64,000 bases of DNA from a bacterium (GTDB taxonomy: Bacteria; Krumholzibacteriota; Krumholzibacteriia; LZORAL124-64-63), in the NCBI GenBank assembly GCA_031441465.1, contig JANOEP010000061.1:32001-96000 (forward strand), read 5' to 3'. Below the pieces are notes generated by a model. It did not search any database and was not told the origin of the DNA. It saw nothing but the letters and a program-made list of their open reading frames with translations. The position numbers and the translations under genes were made by a program. Position 1 is the first letter of the stretch; every line of letters begins with the position of its first letter. This document shows positions 1 to 7,835 of this stretch, piece by piece.

Positions 1-1
1 G

Positions 2-1228
2 GTGGCGCGGACGGAGTTCCGGCGGCTGGGGGCGGTCGGGCGGTACTGGAGCTACCGGGCGGAGATCGCACGGGGGCGGACCCACCAGATCCGGCGGCAC
101 GCGGCGGCGAGCGGGGTGCCGATTCTCGGGGACGGGGAGTACGGGGGGGCGGCTTGGCCGCGGTTGTGCCTGCATTGTGCGGAGGTGCGGTGGCCGGGGA
201 TCGCGGAGCCGGTGCGGGCGGGGAGGCCGGCCTCATTCGGGGAGGTCAAGGCGGGGGCGGTGGATCTGGGGTATGCGCTGTGCCGGGATCGGCGGGGTGA
301 TTGGATCGCGGCGGTGTCGGACGCGTATCGCGCGGTGCACCGAGACGAGATCAGCGGGGTGCCCGCGTCGGTGGACGTTTACGGGGCGTGGTTCGACGCG
401 GTGTGGTACCGCGAGGGGACGACGGCGACCGAGGCGGCCGCGGCGCTGGCGCCGCTTTTGGAGATGGTGGCGCGTGACCATGGGTGCCGCGGGGGCGTGG
501 TGCGGGTGCACCGGCGGAATCCCCACGGGGAGGGGTTGATCGCTGGTCTGGTGACGGTGGGGGAGACGCCGCCGGGGAAGTTCACGGTGAGCGAGCATGG
601 GTTGCGGTACGAGATCAGCCTAACCAGAACGCAGCACACCGGGTTGTTCTTGGATCAGAGGGATACACGGCGGCGGGTGGCGTTGGCGGCGGCTGGGCGG
701 CGGTGCGCGAATCTGTTCGCGTACACGTGCTCGTTTTCGGTGGCGGCGGTGGCGGGGGGGGCGGAGGTAGCGGTTTCGGTGGATACGGCCAAGGCCTGTC
801 TGGCGACGGGGAAGGTGAACTTCGTGCTCAATGGGCTGGCTGCGGAGGGGCAGGGAAAGTTCGTGCAGGGGGATGCCCGGGGGTGGTTGCAGAGGCAGAT
901 GCGGAAGTGGGAGAGCGAGGGGGCCGGGTATCGGGCTTGGGATTTGGTGGTTTGCGATCCGCCGGTGTTTGCTTCGGCCCGGGATGGTGGGATTTTCTCG
1001 CTGGAAAAGGAGTGGGATGGACTGGCGGGCGCAGCCGCCGCGCTGCTGGCACCCGGCGGGATCGCGGTGTTTGCCAACAATCACCGGGGCGGGGATCAGG
1101 GCAGGTACCACAAGGAACTGCAGGAGGCGTTCAACGAGGTGGTGGAGTTGGGGGCACCGGCGGATTTTCAGGTCTCGGACAGGTCGCAGATGCACTCTCA
1201 CACTTATTGGTGTGGTCCTTTCTCCTGA
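2..1228 (+). CDS. RluA-like pseudouridine synthase C-terminal part fused to an RlmI/RlmK-like class I SAM methyltransferase (5'-truncated by window edge)
   Basis: GRTHQIRRH...PILGD..YG is the RluA C-terminal motif; TGLFLDQRD, NLFAYTCSFS and DLVVCDPP are RlmI/RlmK-type motifs. Confidence 0.8.
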   Translation: MARTEFRRLGAVGRYWSYRAEIARGRTHQIRRHAAASGVPILGDGEYGGAAWPRLCLHCAEVRWPGIAEPVRAGRPASFGEVKAGAVDLGYALCRDRRGDWIAAVSDAYRAVHRDEISGVPASVDVYGAWFDAVWYREGTTATEAAAALAPLLEMVARDHGCRGGVVRVHRRNPHGEGLIAGLVTVGETPPGKFTVSEHGLRYEISLTRTQHTGLFLDQRDTRRRVALAAAGRRCANLFAYTCSFSVAAVAGGAEVAVSVDTAKACLATGKVNFVLNGLAAEGQGKFVQGDARGWLQRQMRKWESEGAGYRAWDLVVCDPPVFASARDGGIFSLEKEWDGLAGAAAALLAPGGIAVFANNHRGGDQGRYHKELQEAFNEVVELGAPADFQVSDRSQMHSHTYWCGPFS

Positions 1229-1258
1229 TGGTATCCGTTGTCACCAGCCATGCCGGAA

Positions 1259-1963
1259 TCACCGCCGGTGCATCACGACCAGGATGAACACAACGACCAT
1301 CGACAGGTCAGCCGCCAAGTGGGCGAAATAGACAGCCCGCCAGCTACCCAACCTCGTGGCCAGGTAGGACCACAGCAGACCCGTCGCTGCAATGAATCCT
1401 GCGCGCACGAGCGCCATGGACCACGGGAACAACGCTGCGAGCAGCACCACATGGTAGAAGCCGAATCCTGCCGTGGCGAGGGCCAGTCCGCGGCGATCCC
1501 CGAAGGTCTCGCGGCAACGCAGTGTTGCCTGGCCTCGCCACCACCATTCCTCGAGCAGCGGATTCAGTCCCACGAACAGAACGAACGCAACCAAGGGATC
1601 GGCGGGGTCGAGACCGAGGGCGGCCACGCGCGCTTGGTAGTCCGCGATATCGCCCAGCCACGGCCGCACGAACAGATAGGCCGCCAGGAAGACCGGACCG
1701 AAAACCGCGGCCAGCGTGATTTCGAGTCGTACCTGCCGCCGCGCCGGCGGCGGATGAAAGGGCAACCCGCCACGGTCGCGCAGGGGCCGGGCGCCCAGCA
1801 GCAGACAGGGGACGAGCAGGCAGCCGCCCAGGAGGTAGAGATAGAACGTGACCGCGATGCTCTCGAAGTGAAACAGACCGAGTGCGCCGAGACCGCTCGG
1901 CGCGGCCAGCGCCGTCAACAGTCGTAGACGCGGCCACCACGCGGAAGGACTCGCCGCCGGCAC
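1259..1963 (-). CDS. CPBP/CAAX (Abi-family) intramembrane metalloprotease
   Basis: Multiple hydrophobic helices; EEWWWRG, FGFYH and AHLAAD motifs; GTG start overlaps the upstream stop. Confidence 0.8.
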   Translation of the reverse strand: MPAASPSAWWPRLRLLTALAAPSGLGALGLFHFESIAVTFYLYLLGGCLLVPCLLLGARPLRDRGGLPFHPPPARRQVRLEITLAAVFGPVFLAAYLFVRPWLGDIADYQARVAALGLDPADPLVAFVLFVGLNPLLEEWWWRGQATLRCRETFGDRRGLALATAGFGFYHVVLLAALFPWSMALVRAGFIAATGLLWSYLATRLGSWRAVYFAHLAADLSMVVVFILVVMHRR

Positions 1964-3180
1964 TAGCGCACCAATGCAAGCCGCGTCGTCACGGCAAGGC
2001 CATCGACTTCCAGGCGCGCCAGGTAAACGCCGGCAGGCACCTCGCGGCCGTGGTCATCGCGCCCGTCCCAGTGCACGAGACTCAGGCCCGCCGGGCGCCG
2101 CTCGTGGCAGAGTTCGCGGACCCGGCGCCCGGCCAGGTCGAACAGCACGATGCGCGGCAGATCGGCGCGATCGAGCCGCAACGTCAGGACTGTCGCCGGA
2201 TTGAAGGGATTCGGCGCCGCGGTCAGGCCGAAGTCGCGCGGCGTGACGGGTGAGGGAACGGAGGTCGGGCTCCCGGCCTGGAGGTAACTCGAGCCCGGTG
2301 TCGTTTCGAGCCGTGTCTGGAACTCGGCGGCCGCACCCGCCTCGCCGAGCAGCACCGCCCGCACCCACGGTTCAAGGAACAACCAGGTGAGGTTTTGTTG
2401 CTGCTGGCGCGTGATGTCGGCAGAGCAGAACTCGCCCAGCGAGCAGGCGAAGTTGCTCGCCGCGAATTGGCAGTGGCTTGCGCCCGTCAGCGTGACCAGC
2501 GTCCGCCAGCCCGCATTCAGGGCTTCGAACATGGGAATCTGATGGTCCGGCGGGGGTGTGACGCAGTCGTTGGTGCCGGCGAACAGGAGAGCGGGGATCG
2601 CCAACTGACCGCAAGCGACGATTGCCGACGGATTGGTCTCGGCGGCAGCGAAATTCACGACGGCGCTCACGGTCGGATCGTCGCTGGCGGCCAGCAAGCT
2701 GCAACCGCCGCCCAAGCTGTGACCCATCGTCGCCGCCAGGTCGTTCAGGCGTCCGTAGAAGGGAGAGTCGGGGTTGTCGCTCAGCGCGCGCAGGGCCCGG
2801 CCGACGAAGGCGAGATCGAGCGCGAATTCGGCGTGGCTCGGGAATAGCTCGCCGCCGGTCCGCGGCAGGGCGGTGATGCAGCCGACCGCGGCCAGACGTT
2901 GGCCGACCCAGGCGTAGACCGAGGCAGGCATGAGGTAACCGTGCCCGAAGACGACAGATGGAAATCCGCCTGCAGGCGGCGTCGCGGGTGTCTGGCCAGG
3001 GCCGGCGGACACGGCAGGATAGTAGACATCGGCCGCGATCAGCCGGTCATTGCGGTCAGGGTCGACGAACGTCATGTCGGCCGTGCCGACGGCGTATTGG
3101 GCGCTGGCGGTGGTGGCGGCGAAGCAAACCAGAAAAAACAGGGCCGTCCGGCACACTCGCCCAGGGAGGTGCATGGACAT
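1963..3180 (-). CDS. Secreted alpha/beta hydrolase (chlorophyllase/dienelactone-hydrolase-like) with C-terminal FlgD-Ig-like domain
   Basis: Signal peptide ending ATTASA-Q; nucleophile elbow GHSLGGG; C-terminal APNPFNP...WDGRD...GVYL; GGAGG before ATG 3180. Confidence 0.8.
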   Translation of the reverse strand: MSMHLPGRVCRTALFFLVCFAATTASAQYAVGTADMTFVDPDRNDRLIAADVYYPAVSAGPGQTPATPPAGGFPSVVFGHGYLMPASVYAWVGQRLAAVGCITALPRTGGELFPSHAEFALDLAFVGRALRALSDNPDSPFYGRLNDLAATMGHSLGGGCSLLAASDDPTVSAVVNFAAAETNPSAIVACGQLAIPALLFAGTNDCVTPPPDHQIPMFEALNAGWRTLVTLTGASHCQFAASNFACSLGEFCSADITRQQQQNLTWLFLEPWVRAVLLGEAGAAAEFQTRLETTPGSSYLQAGSPTSVPSPVTPRDFGLTAAPNPFNPATVLTLRLDRADLPRIVLFDLAGRRVRELCHERRPAGLSLVHWDGRDDHGREVPAGVYLARLEVDGLAVTTRLALVR

Positions 3181-3352
3181 CGTCGACCTCCAGTTGAGGA
3201 GCCTTTGCTGACAATGATACCACAAGTCTGCCGTGGTAGTGGATGCCGATGCGCGACCCTGACCGCTATTGTCAAGCCCCCGACTTGCTGGCAGTATTCT
3301 CGCGAACCGGATGGAATTTTGGCACAGATCATGTCATTCAATAAATGGGAAC

Positions 3353-3379
3353 GAGCCAGTTATCAGGGATGACTGGCTC
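3353..3379 (-). terminator. Stem-loop downstream of the homoaconitase gene, possible terminator
   Basis: GAGCCAGTTATC-AGG-GATGACTGGCTC, a 12-bp stem with one imperfect pair; weak U-tract. Confidence 0.4.
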
Positions 3380-3418
3380 GCGATCCGTACAATTAGGGAA
3401 CCGTGCGACACCGGCAGC

Positions 3419-5353
3419 TTACTTCAGTGCTGCGCGTACAAGATTTTCCACCCCACCCGCCAGGATGACCTCCTGCACCGGCCTACCCGTAGGCGAAACC
3501 CCAAACTCCTTCCCACCCCAAATAATCTTCGAATTAGCGAAATCCACCTTCAACCCAGGCTCGACCAGCAGCGTCTTCCCATCCCGTCCAGAGAACGCGA
3601 CCTTCATCGCCTCCACCAACTCCGGACTCTCCAAACAAAGGAACCCGTTGTTGATCGCATTCCGCTGATAAGTCTGCGAGTAAGTCCCCGCCACCAGCAT
3701 CCTGATCCCCGCCGCCTGCAGCGCCGTGACCGCCTGCTCCCGGCTCGACCCCGTCCCGAAGTTGTACCCCCCGACCACGAGGTCCCCGGCCCGCACCATC
3801 CCCGCGAACGCCGGGTCGTAGTTCTCCATCACCACCCGCGCCATGTCCTGCGGCGTCATGTCCTCGCGGTAGGTGTAGTCCTTCCCGTAGATGCCGTCGG
3901 TGTTCAGGTTGTCCTGCGGCAGGAACAGCGCGCGCCCCTCGACGATGGCCGGGAACCCGTCGAGGATCTCCACCGCGCCGGCCTTGTGGCCCTTGCCGCC
4001 CGGGGCGAAGGCGTAGGGCGGCATCGAGGCGTCGAACCCCTCGGGCCCGGCGATCTTCCCCGCGATCGCCGATGCGGCCACTACCGCGGGGCTGGCCAGG
4101 TAGCACTGCGCGTCGCGCGAGCCCATCCGGCCCTTGAAGTTGCGGTTGGTGGCCGAGATGCCGACCTCGCCGGCCTCGAGCAGGCCCGTACCCAGCCCGA
4201 TGCAGGGGCCGCAGCTGGGCGGCAGGGCCTTGGCTCCGGTGTCCAGCAGCGCCTGCCAGATGCCGAGCTGCTTGGCCTGGGTCTCCACGAACTGGCTGGC
4301 CGCGGCGATGTAGAAGTCGACGCCCGGGGCCACCTTGTGGCCCAGCATGACGTCGGCGGCGGCCTTGAGGTCCTCCAGCCGCGAGTTGACGCAGGACAGC
4401 AGGTAGGCCTTGTGGATCTTGATGTCCTTGGTCACGAGCTCGGCCAACGGCGCGCTCATCTGCACGGTGTCTGGCCCGGCGACGTGTGGTGAGACCAGCG
4501 ACAGGTCCAGCGTGATCACGCCGGCGTAGAGCGCGCCGGGGTCGGAGGTCAGCGGGTGGCGCTTCCACAGGTTGAGGCGGGCGTCATCGATGCGGTCGTC
4601 GATGCCCTGCACCGCCAAAATCGCCTGGCGCTTCTCCAGGAAGTCGATCGTGATGTCGTCGCAGGGGAACCAGCCGACCAGCGCGCCCCACTCGGTGGTC
4701 ATGTTGGCGATGGTCATGCGCGCGTCCATGCTCAGGCCCGCCACGCCCGGCCCCGCGAACTCGATGGAGGCGTTCAGGACCTCGTCGCGGTTGTACTGGC
4801 CGCAGAGCGTGAGGATCACGTCCTTGCCCGTCACCCCGGCGCGCAGCTCGCCCTGCAGCACGACCTTGACCGTGCGCGGGATCTGCCACCAGAAGCGACC
4901 CGTGGCCCACAGGCAGGCGGCATCGGTGCGCACCACCGGCGTGCCGACCGCGCCCACGGCGCCGTACATGTTCGAGTGGCTGTCGCTGGCCACGCAGAAG
5001 CCGCCCGGCTGGACATAACCGTTCTCGATCATCACCTGGTGGCCGATGCCGGTGCCGGCAGGGTAGAAGTCGATGCCCTGCGCGCGTGCGAAGGCCTCGA
5101 TCCTGGCGTACTTCGCCAGGTTGCCGTCGCTGCGGTTCTGGATGTCGTGGTCCAGGGCGAAGACCGGCTGGCGCGCGTCGTGCACCTTGCCGACGCCCAG
5201 CTTCTCGAACTTCTGCAGCACCGCCGAGGTGTTGTCGTGGGTCATCACGTGGTCGGGCACCAGCGTGACGAAGTCGCCGGCGTGCAGCTCGGCTCCCTTG
5301 GCCAGATCCACGGCGTGGGCCTGCGTGATCTTCTCGATGACGGTCTGGGCCAT
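3419..5353 (-). CDS. lysF: Single-chain aconitase-family hydratase resembling fungal homoaconitase (Lys4/LysF), large and small domains fused
   Basis: MTHDN, LDHDIQN, GIGHQ, ASDSHSNMYG, GTPVVRTDAA..WATG..WWQIP, SCVNSR, SCGPCIG, TNRNFKGRMG; swivel domain NTDGIY...NFGTGSSREQA; GGAGG RBS. Confidence 0.8.
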   Translation of the reverse strand: MAQTVIEKITQAHAVDLAKGAELHAGDFVTLVPDHVMTHDNTSAVLQKFEKLGVGKVHDARQPVFALDHDIQNRSDGNLAKYARIEAFARAQGIDFYPAGTGIGHQVMIENGYVQPGGFCVASDSHSNMYGAVGAVGTPVVRTDAACLWATGRFWWQIPRTVKVVLQGELRAGVTGKDVILTLCGQYNRDEVLNASIEFAGPGVAGLSMDARMTIANMTTEWGALVGWFPCDDITIDFLEKRQAILAVQGIDDRIDDARLNLWKRHPLTSDPGALYAGVITLDLSLVSPHVAGPDTVQMSAPLAELVTKDIKIHKAYLLSCVNSRLEDLKAAADVMLGHKVAPGVDFYIAAASQFVETQAKQLGIWQALLDTGAKALPPSCGPCIGLGTGLLEAGEVGISATNRNFKGRMGSRDAQCYLASPAVVAASAIAGKIAGPEGFDASMPPYAFAPGGKGHKAGAVEILDGFPAIVEGRALFLPQDNLNTDGIYGKDYTYREDMTPQDMARVVMENYDPAFAGMVRAGDLVVGGYNFGTGSSREQAVTALQAAGIRMLVAGTYSQTYQRNAINNGFLCLESPELVEAMKVAFSGRDGKTLLVEPGLKVDFANSKIIWGGKEFGVSPTGRPVQEVILAGGVENLVRAALK

Positions 5354-5620
5354 GACGTCCTCCCGCGGGCTGGGCAGCCGCAGATGGTTGGTGTTCCCCG
5401 GTCGGAAGCGGCGGGATGCCGAGCATCCCTGTTCCAAAATGCCATCATCCCGCGTCTTCCACAAGTTCCCTGTTCGCGGGAGTTTGGCACTCCCACCAAC
5501 GGCAGGGGCGGTATGGAAGCCGGGGGCCAGAATCTGGTTTCAGTTCGTATCTTATTGTATTAATGTCGTTTACTGAACAAATGCAGTGACTTGCGGAGTC
5601 GCGATCGTTGAGGAGTGATC

Positions 5621-5941
5621 ATGTCAGCGAAGAATCTCGATCCCGTGCACCCCGGCGAGGTCCTGCTGCGCGATTTCCTGGAGCCGATGGGCCTGAGCCG
5701 GAATCGACTGGCCCTCAACCTGGGCGTCCCGCCGCGCCGCATCAACGAGATCGTCCTGAAGAAGCGCCGGATCACGGCGGACACCTCGCTGCGACTGGCA
5801 CGCTACTTCGGGATGTCGCCGGAGTTCTGGCTCGGCTTGCAGATGGACTACGATCTCGACGTGGAGAGCGATCTTCTGGGGGATCGCCTCGTCAGGGAAG
5901 TCGGTTGCTACTCGAAAGGAAGTTGGCAGGGCAGCGGCTGA
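5621..5941 (+). CDS. higA: HigA-family (Xre HTH) antitoxin, orphan
   Basis: HPGEVLLRDFL...RINEIV..KRRITADTSLRLARYFG.SPEFWLGLQ..YDL; GAGGAG RBS. Confidence 0.88.
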   Translation: MSAKNLDPVHPGEVLLRDFLEPMGLSRNRLALNLGVPPRRINEIVLKKRRITADTSLRLARYFGMSPEFWLGLQMDYDLDVESDLLGDRLVREVGCYSKGSWQGSG

Positions 5942-5972
5942 TCTGCACTGTAACCCCACCGCGGCCTGGTCA

Positions 5973-7346
5973 TCACAGTCGATCGCAGACCAGCGCCTCC
6001 ATCAACGCCTCCGCCCTCCCGAGCCGTTCCACCGCCCAGATCGCCTCCTTCGCCCCCTTCAACCGCTCCGGCGACATCACTAGCATCGCCATGGCGTCGA
6101 ACTTCTCGGTCAGCTCCCCATCGGTCATCGGATTGCGCGGATCACCCTTGGGGTAGTCGAGCGTGCGCACCAGCTCGCGGCCGTCGGTCGTCTCGATGGT
6201 GACGTGGACCTTCTGCAGGGCGGGGAACGCGGCCTCGATCTCGGGGTCCGCCACGACCTCGATCTTGCGCAGCTGGGCGCGGATCACCGGGTCCTGGATC
6301 TTCTCCGGCGTGAACTGCTCGGGCGTGACCCGGCGGTCGGCGATGCAGGCGGCCACCACGTAGGGCAGGGAGTGGTCGGCGGTCTCCTTGTTCTGCGGGT
6401 CGTACTTGCTCGGGTCGGCCAGGATGTCGGCCGCGCGCGCGAGGCTGCGGATGCGCACCTTCTTGATGTCGTCGGGCGCGAGGTCGTGCGTCTTGACGAG
6501 GTCCAGCACCGCGGACATCGGCGCGTGGGTGAGGGCCTCGGTGGGGAAGGCCTTCATGCCGCACTGCAGGATGCGCCAGCTCTTGCCGAGCCCCTCGGTG
6601 ACGATGTCCCAGCGCCAGTCGGTCTTCAGGATGTGGCTGAAGCCCTCCTTGCCGTCCAGCACGTGCTCGGGGCCGGTGTAGCCCTTCTCGGCCAGCAGCG
6701 CGGCGAACACGCCCGACTGCACGGCCATCGGATCGACGGTGTTCTTCATCATCGTCAGCTTGCCGGCCGTGACCGAGCCGCCGGTCAGGTGGCGCGAGGC
6801 GCTGATGCCGATGGCGTGCTGGATCTGCTCGGCCGACAGGCCCAGCAGGCGCCCCGCGACGATGGGGGAGACGACCGCGGTCAGGGTGGCGTGGTGCCAG
6901 CCGATCTCGCGGATGCCCGGGAACGACGCCTCGCACAGGCGCTGCTCGAACTCGTAGGCCAGTACGATCCCCAGCAGCAGGTCGCGGCCGGTGCCGCCGG
7001 CGCGCGCCGCGGCGCTCATCGCCGCCGGGATGATGTCGCTGGGGTGCGACGGGTCCTGCTTCCAGTAGATGTCGTTGTAGTCCAGCACGCGGATCAGCAG
7101 CGCGTTGGCCAGCGCGGCCGACACCGGGTCCATCCGCTTGCCGGTGCCGATGACCGAGGCTGGGCCGGGACCGGCGGTCTCGGCGAGCACCTCGATGGCG
7201 ATCTTGCAGTCGTGCTGCAGCAGGCCGCCGTAGGCGCAGCCGACGCTGTCGAACAGGAACCGCTTGGCGGCTTCGATCGCCTCGGGCGCGATGTCCTCGT
7301 AACGCAGGGCGGCCGCCCAGGCCGCCATCTTCCCGCTCACGGTCAT
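5973..7346 (-). CDS. MmgE/PrpD-family dehydratase
   Basis: DSVGCA.GG, IRVLDYND...HPSD, ETADHSLPY, PKGDPRNP. Confidence 0.9.
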   Translation of the reverse strand: MTVSGKMAAWAAALRYEDIAPEAIEAAKRFLFDSVGCAYGGLLQHDCKIAIEVLAETAGPGPASVIGTGKRMDPVSAALANALLIRVLDYNDIYWKQDPSHPSDIIPAAMSAAARAGGTGRDLLLGIVLAYEFEQRLCEASFPGIREIGWHHATLTAVVSPIVAGRLLGLSAEQIQHAIGISASRHLTGGSVTAGKLTMMKNTVDPMAVQSGVFAALLAEKGYTGPEHVLDGKEGFSHILKTDWRWDIVTEGLGKSWRILQCGMKAFPTEALTHAPMSAVLDLVKTHDLAPDDIKKVRIRSLARAADILADPSKYDPQNKETADHSLPYVVAACIADRRVTPEQFTPEKIQDPVIRAQLRKIEVVADPEIEAAFPALQKVHVTIETTDGRELVRTLDYPKGDPRNPMTDGELTEKFDAMAMLVMSPERLKGAKEAIWAVERLGRAEALMEALVCDRL

Positions 7347-7366
7347 GGTCTCGGGTCCTCCGGGGG

Positions 7367-7807
7367 TCAGCGTGGGTACTCGTCGCGGATGTAGTCGGTC
7401 AGGTACTCGATGCGGGCTTCGTGGTCCTGGCTGATCTGACGGACGCAGTCGCCGATGGAGACGAGCCCGGCCAGCCCGCTGTGGTCCACCACCGGCAGGT
7501 GCCGGATGTGCGCCGCGGTCATGATCGCCAGGACGTCGGCCACCTCGTGGTGCTCGCCCACGCAGATCAGCTTCAGCGACATGACCTCGCGCACCTTGGT
7601 GTCGCGCGAGGATCGCCCCTGCAGGGCGATCTTCGCGAGGTAGTCGCGCTCGGTGAAGATGCCGTGGATCTCCTTGCCCTTGGTCACCAGCACGGAGCCG
7701 ACGCCCCGCTCGACCATGCTGGCGATGGCGGACAGGACGGTGTCGTCGGGGTCGACCTGCAGGACGTCGCGACCCTTGGCGGCGAGGATGTCCGCGACTT
7801 TAGCCAT
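7367..7807 (-). CDS. Stand-alone tandem CBS-domain protein
   Basis: GIFTERD, IRHLPVV..GLVSIGD. Confidence 0.9.
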   Translation of the reverse strand: MAKVADILAAKGRDVLQVDPDDTVLSAIASMVERGVGSVLVTKGKEIHGIFTERDYLAKIALQGRSSRDTKVREVMSLKLICVGEHHEVADVLAIMTAAHIRHLPVVDHSGLAGLVSIGDCVRQISQDHEARIEYLTDYIRDEYPR

Positions 7808-7835
7808 GGCGTCTCCTTCGCCCGGACGCGGCGCG

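Noticed and set aside
3319..3337. Sigma54 promoter TTGGCACAGATCATGT
   Set aside because: The -12 TTGC element is missing and there is no sense gene downstream.
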